This document shows, one piece after another, positions 51,401 to 62,271 of a DNA stretch of 64,000 nt (its first letter is position 1; every line of letters starts with the position of its first letter). Origin of the DNA: Bilabrum cf. latius (lineage: Eukaryota); contig OZ237745.1 of assembly GCA_965178125.1 (NCBI GenBank), positions 744,001-808,000 on the forward strand, read 5' to 3'. Under the pieces are notes generated by a model. It did not search any database and was not told the DNA's origin. It worked only from the letters and a program-made list of their open reading frames with translations. The position numbers and the translations under genes were made by a program.

Positions 51401-54400
51401 TCCTTCGCATGCGAGGTGCCATGGCGGTGCGAATGGCTTCGGCTGCCATGCTTGCGTGTGCTCTAGTGTGCGGCACGGTGAGATTCCCCCTCGGCCTCGG
51501 TGCCCGTGTCCGTGTCCTCATCCACCTCCGAGTCGTCGCTGCTGTTGTCCATCAGCAGACCACGGTCGATGCTGCCGGCTGCGATCATTCCTCGGATCGA
51601 CCTTTTCTTTGCCTTGTTGGCCTTTTGCGCCAACGACGACTTGCCGCTGATGTAAAGCCCTGCAAACAGCACGAAACCCACAATGAGCACAACCTGAAAG
51701 ACGGCCGTGATGACCCGGTGGCTCTTGCAAGGGAAGCACTCTCCACCTTCATGCAGGTAGTACCCTTGCGAGCACCTCGCGCACCTTGGGCCGTCGTAGC
51801 CATCTCCGCAGTGGTGGTCTGCGTGGACACCGCCGTGGCATGCTTCGTGGGAGTAGCACGGCAGAAACACGACGCTGGAAGTGTCGGTGGACGACGTGTT
51901 CCTCCACCACCCGTGCTGGGCTTCAAGAGAATCGTGTGGGGAACTGTTGCCGGGGCAGAACGACCCAGCCATGTCGCACAGCTCACATTTCTCGTAGTAG
52001 TCCGAGTAGAAATACCCGGGATAGCACTACGGGTCGTTGTGCGGGTCCGTGCTCCCGCAGTTGGCGTTATCGGGACACTCCACGCAGAACGGAGGGCTGC
52101 CATACGATGTTCCCACGGAGCATTTGCAGTACGAATACTGGTAGTACAGAGGATCCAGGAATACTCTGAGGTACGGACTTAACTCACTGCCGTCGTCATC
52201 TTTTTGGTTGGCCAAGAAAAAGGACGGGCAGGAATAGGTCGGCCAGCCCCCGCCGCCGACCAGGTCGTATGTGGACGAGGGCACCAGGAAGGACGGCACG
52301 CCCCTCCCCGTCCTGTTGTAGCACTGGGGATTCTGGCGCATGTCCAGGGAGCGAAGCGCGGAGAACGTTCGTAGCTCCGATGGTATCTCTCCGCTGTAGT
52401 TGGAGTTGAAGAGGTCTAGGCTCTGGAGGTTGTCCAGCCTGCTCCATCTCCAGCGATTGTCGTCGTCTGACAGTCGAGATAAGGTGCCTCGCAGGTCCAG
52501 CTCAGTGAGAGCAGGGGGGAGCTGCGTGGTGGTCAGGTGCAAGGGCCTGTTCTCTGCCAAAGAGAGGGTCTAGAGACGCTCGTACTGCGTACCCTCTTCG
52601 AACGAGACCAGCCTGTTGTACCCCGCAATGATGGACCGGAGCTCTGATGCGCCCGGAAAGAACTGCTGGTCGAACGGCACGCGGGGGTCTCTCGGCCGCG
52701 TGAAGCTCTGTAGTTGATTCACAGACAGGTCGACTTCTTCCAGCACCTGCCAGCTACCCAGGCCCAGGCAGTCGCCCGCAGAGGCGGAGGTCAGGTTGTT
52801 CTCGCTTAGCAGCAGAGTCGACAGCTGGAAGGGATAGCCCATGTAGGTGCCTGGTCCCTCGTCACATTTGAGCCTGGATATCATGTTGGCGGATGCGTCC
52901 AAATTGCGGGTTACTGTGACCACGTGGTACTGCACGCCGATGCCGACCGTGCTGCTGCCTGCTAGATGTGGCTGGCCTGCCTCCTCCTCCTGGTCCGGTC
53001 CCGATTGGCCCGACAGCACCCGACTCCTCCGCTCACCGTTTACCGGTTCCTCGAACACGCACTTGAACATGCTATCGAAATCCAGCAAGTCTATCTGATT
53101 CGACCGTATGGACACCAGTGGCGTGCGGCCAAGCAGCGGCAGCATGGGTTGGAGCGTCTCCGTCGTGAGTGTCGTCTCACTGAGGTCGATGAGAGTGGCC
53201 GAGACGTTCTCGCACTCGCGGCACGACCCTCCGGGAAGCCTCTGGAGCGGGTTATACGACACGTCCACCACGTCAAGTGACGTCATCCCGCAGATTGAAG
53301 CGGGGAGTCCCTCGATGCGATTCTGCGAGAGGTCGACCGCCTCGAGCAGTGACAGGTTCCCAACGCCGTCGGGCACCATCCCAGACAGGCGGTTGCTGCC
53401 CAGACTCAGCCTCTGCAGCTTCTCCCACTGTGCCATGCAGCTAGGCAGGTCTCCTGATAGCCGATTTCTGCTGAGATCGAGCGTTTTCAGTCCAGTTGCA
53501 GCGCACAGTGCGGTCGGGACCGGCCCCGTCAGGTCGCAGTTGCTGGCCTCAATCACCATCAGCGGCGCGCTCACCGCTGTCCCTTCGCTCACGAGCGGGC
53601 CGGTGAAATCTGAGAAGGACAATTTCACCTCTCGAAGGGCAGGCAAGCGCCACAGCCAAGCTGGCAGGTTCCCGGAAAGCTCTGTGTTTGCCAAGTAAAG
53701 TGACTGCAGCTTGCCCAGCGACTATTCCCCGCCGGCGAGCGTCGGTGGCAGTTCTCCCGTGAGAGGGTTTACAGAGAGGTCCAATAAGTTCATGCTTGTC
53801 AGCGAGGTAAATATGCACGGCGGTATTTGTCCATGCAAGATATTCTCTGCCAGTTGCAGCTGGAGGATAGCCTCGAGGCTGCAGAGCGCGGTTGGGATCG
53901 TCCCGGTGAGATCGTTGCCACTCAGGTCTAGATACTCCAATGTACCCCCTAACTCCTTAATACTCGAAGGGATGGATCCTGTCAAGTAATTGTTCTCGAG
54001 GTCAAGTATCTCGAGAGCAGACTTGCTACTAACTGACGCAGGTATTTCGCCTTCAAAACGGTTCGAAGCTAGCCTTATTTCGCGCAAATCTACGGGGGCC
54101 TGCTGTCTATCGCCTAAAAATGCAGTAATGGGTCCACTGATGTCATTCTCGCTCAGATTAATGACCTCAAGGCTTCGCAACCCAACATAATTTGGAAGCG
54201 TACCGCACAGGCCATTTCTCCGCAAATGAAGCTCGGTCACCTGGCCTCCGACGCACGTCACACCGTACCACGCAGGATTACAAGGGTCCAGACTCTCGTC
54301 GTGCTTCGACCAACCGGCTTGATTCATCCAATCAGGGCCGCTGAGGGCGTCATAGAGTGACAGCAGATCGACTGCTGCAGGATTCGCTTTTGCATCGCAA

Positions 54401-54450
54401 AGCCGCCCGCTCAGGGCTGCGAAGAGTATGATTAAAAGTGTATAATGCAT
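48460..54450 (-). CDS. Signal peptide + plant-type LRR ectodomain + Cys-rich region + multi-pass (about 7 TM) membrane domain (~2,000 aa)
   Basis: MHYTLLIILFAALSG; an LRR cap (LLSLYDALSGPDW..WYGVTC); LxxLxLxxNxLxGxIP repeats; CGDGYDGPRCARCSQGYY; VYFVQI; FLTSDYSDDFFWWECVEL; LRPF. One frame with 10 TAGs (53722, 52570, 52027, 51463, 50605, 50203, 49246, 49081, 48979, 48934). TGA at 48460. Confidence 0.8.
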
Positions 54451-54666
54451 TTCCGACTGCCGCACGGCTTCCACCCTGTGTTGTGAGGAGAAAGAAACGT
54501 CTTCGCCAGGCAGCTGCCGCGGCGTGACGAATGGCAATCAATCCTTGTGTGTTGACCACGCTTGGACGGAATTCAACGATTCGTGCTTAAACATCGCCCG
54601 TTAAGTACCGTATTACTGTGACCAAGCAGTCGTGCGCAGTGGAGCAAACTCGTGGAAAGCAGCCCA

Positions 54667-57600
54667 ATGGACACTCCTGACCAAGAGCTGCTGCTCGCGA
54701 TGCAGGCTAGCCTAAGCTCAAGACGCGCAGAGGAGTAGCGAAGAAAAGTAAGAGATAAGGAGGCTACCGAACTTGCGATTGCGCTGTCCTAGTCCTAGGC
54801 AGGACAGGGTGGCTCACAGCTGGCCATTCCAAGCGCTGGGATCGCAAGTCAAGCAACCCGTTTGGAGGATTCCTTTGCGGGCGAAGATAAAATGGATGAT
54901 CTAGAAGCTGCAATCATAGCATCGATATCAGACGTCGAGGGATAGGCCTGTGGCTCCGGAACGAAATCCAGCGGTGCACGCTTGGCCATTCCGCCGGAGG
55001 GGCATTCGTTGCGAGGCGATTCATGCTCCAATACATCTGATGCAGCTGCAAAATCCTAGCTGCAAGAATGGATGACAGTATGTTAGGTCTCTGCTGGGGC
55101 CAGATTCAGAGATGATCTCTTTCCACCAACCGAGCAGTCCCTCGGTGATCTCAGCGAATCGTCCTTGCAAGTGCAAGTCCACCACTCCGACGGAAGACGA
55201 AGCGTCCGGCGAATCAGACCAACCTGGGCGTCCCCACTTGACCTGTTTCCAACTCGTTAGGACAAGTCGAACGCGACCACATCCGACGAGATCAGGCAGA
55301 TTGCCATTGCTCACGCTGGCCGAAGCGGCAAGAGGGACACCCACGCCGGGGTGATAGAGCTGCAGGACAGGATGGGCCGAGGGATGCCTCTTGATGACAA
55401 AGATGTTGAGCTGGTGCGAGTTCTTGGGGCCTCCATGTTCCAGCTGACCCGCCCAAGCGGCGAGCCGTCAGCGATGGATGTGAGACAGGCAGGTTTGGGA
55501 ACGTGCTGGTTCGTGTCTGCAATGGCGGTTGCTTGCGAACACGAGGGGAACATCCGTAGGCTGTTCCGGCAGAAGACACTGCCTAGCCACGGTATGCTGC
55601 AGCTGCAGCTGTGTGTCGGTGGGGAGTGGCGCGTCGTCACCACGGACGACTGCCTCCCCACGGACAGGGACAACGGGACGCTCCTGTTTACGAGCGGAAG
55701 GATGCAGCAGCTGTGGCCGAGTTACCTGGAAAAGGGCATAGCGAAACTCAGCGGGTCATTCGCCGAGGCTGCAGGGGGCGGCGTGGGTGAAGGACTCAAG
55801 TACCTGACGGGGGCACCCATCGAGCACATCAACACCAAGACTTGCCTCACGGATGGGGAGGAGAAACTCAGGCGACTTGCGCTCCACGCAGCGAGCGGAG
55901 AAGGCGGCCGAAGCTGGCTCCCACGTTGGCTACAAGATCAGTGCGATGAGCGGCCAGCTACTGAGGGGGAGCTGTGGGCACGGCTCCTGAGCTGGTCGCA
56001 GGCTGGGTTCCTCGTCGGAGCGTCGTGCGGCAAGGTCGATCGCGATGAGACGCCTGACGCCGAGCTTCAGCCGCGGTACCAGGCGCGAGGGCTGGTGTTT
56101 AATCACGCCTACAGCATCTTGAAGGTTGTGGAAGTCCCGTTGCCGCTGCTCCCTGAGAGATACAGGCGCACAGTGTCAAGGTCAAGAGATCGTTCCACCA
56201 TGGCAAGTGACGCTGCAAGCCTTCGTGGCGCTAGCGCCCCAGAGAGTGGCGCCGGTACTGGCCTTGGTGGCAGCGTTGTTCTGAGGAGGCATTCGAGCGG
56301 AGAGTTAATGGAAGTAGAACGTGTCGTCGTCCTGCGAAATCCATGGAGCGACGCGAGTGAGGTTGGTTGGAACGGCAGGTACGGGAGGACGTGGGGCGGA
56401 GTCCGTGATTCGCCAGAGGTGAGTAATCTGCTCTTCGGTGACCTAACTGAGGCGCGCGATGGACTATTTTCGTCGTCTTCGATTGCGAGCGGGGCAGGTG
56501 CTGCATCAGCCCACTCCTCCACCATACCGCCAGGCGTGTTCGGGATGGCTTTCGACGATTTCAGGCAGTACTTTGGCTCTGCCGATGCGGCGTGTGCTCG
56601 GAAAGGATACAGTCACGCGAGAATGACAGCCATGATGCCTGTGTCGCTTGCAGTTGATGTGCCCATTTACCCAGCATACGTGGTGACTGACCATTCCAAG
56701 TCAATGTCTGCGACTGCGTGCGTGTCCCAGCTGTGTCAGCGCATGCGGAACGGCATGCAAGTGCGCATGGCCATTGCGCATACGCGTGGTCGCACAGAAG
56801 GTAATGGCGACTCAGTCGCAGCTTCCGCTGCTACTGCCGGGTCCGCTGTTGCCCCATTTGGTGATGACGGTGCTGGTGCAGCCAAAGTGGCAGCAGAGTA
56901 TGGTTGGGAGGTCTCGCGTTGTGAAGACGTGAGCGGCATGGCAGACGTAGGGTGCGTTGTGGTGAGGTTAGCGGGGAAAATGTCTCCACAAGCAGCTGTG
57001 AAAGCCTTGAACAGCAAGCAGTGGGAGCTGGCAGACGGCTAGCACAGCTTGCCAAACAGCGTTGGCGCAACTAGTGGTACGCTCAGTGCAGCTTCGTCAG
57101 TCTCGGCTCCTGTTCCTCCGTAGCTGCTACGCAGCTGTCCCCGCGCCATGGTGGAGTCTGTCAACACAGACTTTTACCTCGACAAGGACTACACCCACGT
57201 GATTGTACCCCTGTCACTGGGCCCGCTCACCACTGAAAGCGCGCAGAGGCTGACCACATCGCTGCACGGTCCCCACGATATGGCACTGACACCGGTCATG
57301 CTAGGGGGGCGGGAGCTGGCTCAAGTGCTGTGTGCGCGCTCGCGTGCGATAGGCAAGGCCATGCCGCTGGCACGGCTAGGACCTGGCTGTTGCGTGTGGA
57401 CGACAGGTGGAGACAGCGGCGATGTGCTTGTGGTTGAGAACAGCAACCCTAACGTGTGGCTTCAGTTGCAGGTAGACTACAGCGAGGGCAGCTCTAACGT
57501 ACACTTCAGCCGAGGCTCAGACGTGACAATGGACTACATATAGCCAAGGAGTCGTTAGGTGCTGCAAATTGCGTCGCAGGCTGACAGCAGAAGAGGATAT

Positions 57601-57735
57601 CGCCTCAGCTTCAAGTTTAGCGCAAAGTCAGTGTCTCCGGCCGCGGTGGCCCACTCCATGGCGAGTGGCACGTTTACGAGGAACTTTCCGTCCATCGTGG
57701 CTGGTTCGGTGCACGAACACGTGAGTGCGGGGTGA
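54667..57735 (+). CDS. Calpain-15/SOL-like cysteine protease with N-terminal UIM-like motifs
   Basis: FRDDLFPP, DVRQAGLGTCWF (Cys), LWPSYLEKGIAKL, NHAYSIL (His), LRNPW (Asn), and a SOH-like end SSNVHFSRGS..DYI(Q)PRSR(Q)VLQIASQ. Eleven in-frame TAGs; TGA at 57733. Confidence 0.85.
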
Positions 57736-57748
57736 ACAGTGTGTCCGG

Positions 57749-57795
57749 CCGGACTCGAGTCCGGACTCCGGACTCCGGATGCCGGATGCCGGACT
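57749..57795. repeat. CCGGA-containing 7-bp microrepeat with a 16-bp palindrome
   Basis: CCGGACTCGAGTCCGG (57749-57764) followed by CCGGACT/CCGGATG units, between convergent stop codons. Confidence 0.7.
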
Positions 57796-57934
57796 GTGTG
57801 CCGCCGAACAATAAAATCGTGTAGATCTACAAATCCACACTTAAGTATATCTTGAGATGTCATTCATTCGGTTCAGATTTGGTTGGCGGGCCAGGCCCGC
57901 CAACATAGTACACAGCCACGTTCGCGCGATCGTC

Positions 57935-60900
57935 TCACGGCATGTGCGCACCTCTACGTCGGTAGAAGAGTATGTACGCAGAGTTCGACTTGACGGCTGA
58001 TGTTCTGATCCCGTCCGACACCCGCGAATCGTCGAACTCGAGCCAAGACGCGTTGGCAGTCTCTGCGTTCCCCGAGTGCCGCTTCTCGCCGAGCCCTCCA
58101 CCCCCGGGCCCGTCTCCCGCGCCGTACCTCGCAACGTAGTGATTCGCGTAGGCAGTGTAGTGCCCAAAGCCCATGCTGCCGAAATGATTCACCACGCCGT
58201 AGCAGTCGTAGGTAGACTGCAGCTTGTCAGCAGCAGAACCAGTCGCGTCGCCATGGCTCGCGTCGCTACCGGCTGCAGCCGATCCACCGCCTGCACCACC
58301 AGTGGCAGCTCCTGCAGCGCTCGAGTCCGCGCCATCACCAGCCCCTTCCTTCTTCTTCCGCGCGAACTTTCTCTCCAGATTGTGCTTGGTCAGGTCCCAG
58401 CCCACCAGCGGGAAATCGATGTGGTCCTCCAGCTTCCTGGCATAGTAGTGGCTGCCGCTGCTGAACCGCTTCAGGTGCACCACAAGAATGTCGGGCAGCT
58501 TCCAGGGCTGCATGTGCTTGGTGGCTCTGACGTGACTCTTGCAGCCCGAGCAGTACCACTCGTTCTGGGCATCCAGCACTTCAGGAGTGCAGAATGCGTC
58601 CATGCAGTCGTCCAACGACACAGCCTCTGCTCTCTGCTTGACCTTAATCGATGGATGACTGTACTCACAGTCATAAGAGTGCGCGTCAAAGGAGCTCTTG
58701 CGAAGCTCGTCGTCGAATCGAACGCGGAGCAGCTTCACGCCGGCGCCACTCTTGTGGTACATGGGGTCGTCCGGGTCGGTGATGCCAGGTCCGAGCACCC
58801 CACCCACGGTGACACCACCTTCATCAGCGCCTGGGAACTGCACCTCGCCGATGCGAACGGGTTCCTGCTCGCGGTTGGTGGATGGGAACAGGACCACCGA
58901 CCTCGCGAAGGCCTCTGCCTCCTCAAGCAGCGCACCAGGGCTGGCTTCGTCCTCGTCCGCCTCAGGCTCGGGAACACCAGCGGCCTCTGCCGACTCACGG
59001 GCCTTCCTGAGGCCAGACACGCGCTCCGGGATGCCTCGAACCGCACCAGCCAACAGCTCTGCGTATCGCCTGCGGAACGAGAGAGGGCTGGCCCAGCCCG
59101 GGAGGGATACCACGCGGGGCAGCCCGACGTCATTGCGATGCATGGGGTTGTACAGGCGCACCTCGACGTCCACCCTGCCTGTAGCAGCATCCTCCCCGGC
59201 CTCAGCGGCGTACCTCACGGCTGCCTCGCACGCCTCGGGGGACGGATCGAACGGATCCACGCCAGCCCACGAGCCGTCCTCCTGCTTGACTGGGAGGGGG
59301 AAGCTGTCGGGACCAGTTTGCGTGCACAGCAGCCAGTGCTTGCCAGGGACGCTCCTCACGCCCTTGGTCATTGGCAGCGCCACGCCGAGGTTGCCCTTCT
59401 CCTTGTACGAGTACATCCGCACGTTAGTCTTGTCTCCATCAAGCGTTACCTCCTTGGTCGAGTCTGACAGCTACTTGATCCGGCAGCTGCGGTCCACGAT
59501 CACCCTGGCGTCGCAGTTGCGGACAAGCGAGGGATAGATCTCCTTGAAGGTTACCTTGCGTGTGTAGTAGTCCTGCTGCCTGCCTAACTTAATCTCCACG
59601 TCGTACGCCCTGTCCACCACCTCCCGCGGCCGCTTGGGCTGCGGCTGCACGGTGAGCGCCATTTTTCGCTGCCTCGGCCCGGCAATGGGCAGCGACAGGG
59701 ACGTGTACGGGTCGAACTGAACGCTGATGTTGCTGCAGTTGGGGCACGTCAGCTCACTTCGCAAGAGCCCCATCATGCAGTCGGTGACGATGCTGTCGTT
59801 CCGCTGCAGGTGGGTGGCCCAGGACTTCTCGGCCACTTCGTAGTCGTCCTCCTTGCCCTTGCCCTCCGGCTTGGTCGTCGCCGGCTTCTTCCTCACGCGG
59901 TTGAGGTCCTCGTGAACCGCGTCAAGAAGAAAGCTCAGAAGCTCGTGGGAGTCGTGCTGCTGGAACCCCGCGAAGTCGCGGCGGAAGCGCCCCACGGCAG
60001 ACTTGACGCCGGTCGGGGCCACCGAGGAGCCTCTTTCATAGTGCATGTAGTTGACGAGGAAGGCGTACTCCCTGCTGAGGTTGCACTTGGTCCCGAGCAC
60101 GTTCCCAGGGTTCTCGTCGATCTTGTGCAGGTCAGCGAGAAGGTATGCGCTCAGCGGCCAGGTCGCCTTGACGCACTGCAGCGCGCTGTTCATGAAGCAC
60201 GTGTTGCCGAGGTTACGGAGGCCCATGGCCCCCGCAATGCGGTGCGATTTCCAGTCCATGCCGAACAAGTTGCGGCTGTCAGTAGTCCGGGGGTACAGCG
60301 TGAGCACCTTGGACCGGTTGGTGAGGGAGCTCCGCTCCACGCCATCATCCATCTTCACGGCACCGCCGCCCGCCGCGCTCGCAGTCACCCCCATGCGCTG
60401 CATCTCACGCTCCTCCACCTGCTGCTTGACCCTCCTCTCGGGGAACAAATCCACCACGTTGTCGGGGAAGTGGTCCTCGGGAGGCTCGCTCCCATCCGCT
60501 GGGGCAGCACGGTCGAACACTGCCCTCCGCAGCATCGCCTTGTCTCCGTACCAAGACCGTAGGGCCTTGTACGGGTCCTCTCCCACCAGCACAAAGTGCC
60601 TGCGGAGAGAAGCCCCTGGGCGGATGCGGGGCGGCAGCAGGATGGGCTTGGGCGGGCCCGAGCCCGCGGGGGCCACGTCATCGTCAGTGCCGGGAATGCA
60701 ATCGACCACCTCGGCGGTCTGTCCGCTGTCGGCCTCATCGTCGCCGTTACCGTCGCCCTTGTCACCGTCGCCCTTGTCATCCTCCTCGTCCTCGTCCTCG
60801 TCACCCTTGCTCTCGAGTGTTCCCTGCTCCTGCGCCTTGCGGGCCTTGGCTGCAACCCTCCTGGCCAGCTCCTCCTCGTCGTACGACTCCTCCCCCTGCC

Positions 60901-61738
60901 TCAGGCACAGCCTCTCGTTGTCGATGGGACCCAGGAGAGCCAGCTCCTCTTTCCCCGCTGCGGCTGTGGCCTACGGTGCCCCATTCCCCGCTGCGGCGTC
61001 AGCTGCGGCAGCGTCACTTGCACTGCCGTTCGATGCACCCTCCACCTCCGCGGCCTGCGGCCCAAGCTGGAGCTTCCAGCCGACGGGGAACTTGGCCTTG
61101 TCCGGCCCGTCGTAACCCGTCGCAGCGCACCAGTTCCTCCACCAGCGCGCGTCCACAGCGTAGTAGTGGTCGCCGGTCTGGAGCCCCCTCGTCTCCTGCT
61201 GCTCCATCAGCTGCTGGATCATGGCTGCCTGCTAGGGACCAGCAGGCATGGGCGGCTCGCGCTTGCCATCGTGGTAGTAGTCCCTGATGTCGATCGTGCC
61301 CTCGTCTGGTTCGTCCATGCCGCCGGCTGCTGGGCCTGCTCCCCCAGCACCGGGCCGCTTGTTGAGCTTGTGGTACAGCTTGTCGACGAGGGCCTTCAAT
61401 TCTGGATCCTAGGACCCTTCCCATGCTTGTTTCGCGACCCTGTATGCTACATCAGTCCTACCCATTTCGTCATACACCTTCGCAATGTTGAACCTTGCCT
61501 TCGTGTACGTGGGATTCAATTTGAGAGCGGCTTTCAGGCTTTCCAGGGCTTCCTGCGGCCGATCTAATGTTTTAAGGGCGATCCCCCGGTTAAACAAGCA
61601 CCTTGCAGCATCTATATCGTTACCAAGCCTGTTAAAAGAGGCGGCTGCATCTGCAAAAAGGCCCTCTGCTAGCTCCAGATCGTTTTGCTTGAATGCGAAA
61701 CATGCCTCTTCGTACACATGTTGCGGCGACTAGGCCAT
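57935..61738 (-). CDS. USP4/11/15-like ubiquitin-specific protease with N-terminal TPR and DUSP-like domains (~1,267 aa)
   Basis: TPR-like CLFNRGIAL..PQEALESLKAALKLNPTYTKARFNIA; DUSP-like YYAVDARWWRNW; Cys box GLRNLGNTCFMNSALQC; QQHDSHE; LPDILVVHLKRF; His box VVNHFGSMGFGHYTAY; AYILFYRRR. TAGs at 61730, 61409, 61232, 60971 and 59471; TGA at 57935. Confidence 0.9.
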
Positions 61739-62271
61739 TCTCTGCGGCAACAAGCCAAAGTGATCGCGACTAGGAACAGACTGATCAACATGAAACATTT
61801 CGTATTAAATTGAACGCTTGTTGAAGGTCTGAAAAAAGCAAGAAGAGATCCGTGCTGTGTGGACCGAGCCAGCCCATCCAACAGCTCTAATAGGCTAAAG
61901 ACAAGAATGGAGGCCAGCTCTATTCATAACTAAAACCCTTATTATGACCTTCATCAAACCAAACACACTATGAGATGGAGAGGATGCCATAGCGCGCATG
62001 AAGAAAGAGAACCAGTCCCGAGAACGGTCGAGCAATACGATTTCCGACCTAGAGGAGGAATCTCAACATCTCTGCTCCTAGCTAACCACGCATATATTTA
62101 ATAAGATAAAATTGATAGATGCAGTCAGCAGTTTTACTCACGATTGGCCAAAGGGTGGCTCAAGAAGCAAGGACGCTGCGTTATTCAGACTGTCTCGCAC
62201 AATCGCACGCAACCCAGCATAGCCCAGCGGATCGTGCGATTCTGGTGCTCCACAGACAAGCGCGGCCGGCA

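Noticed and set aside
50890-52182. Long antisense or alternate-frame ORFs (e.g. 50890-52182 +, 58076-59467 +, 25497-26600 +, 20097-21137 -)
   Set aside because: These are shadows of GC-rich coding sequence on the other strand and carry no recognisable motifs.
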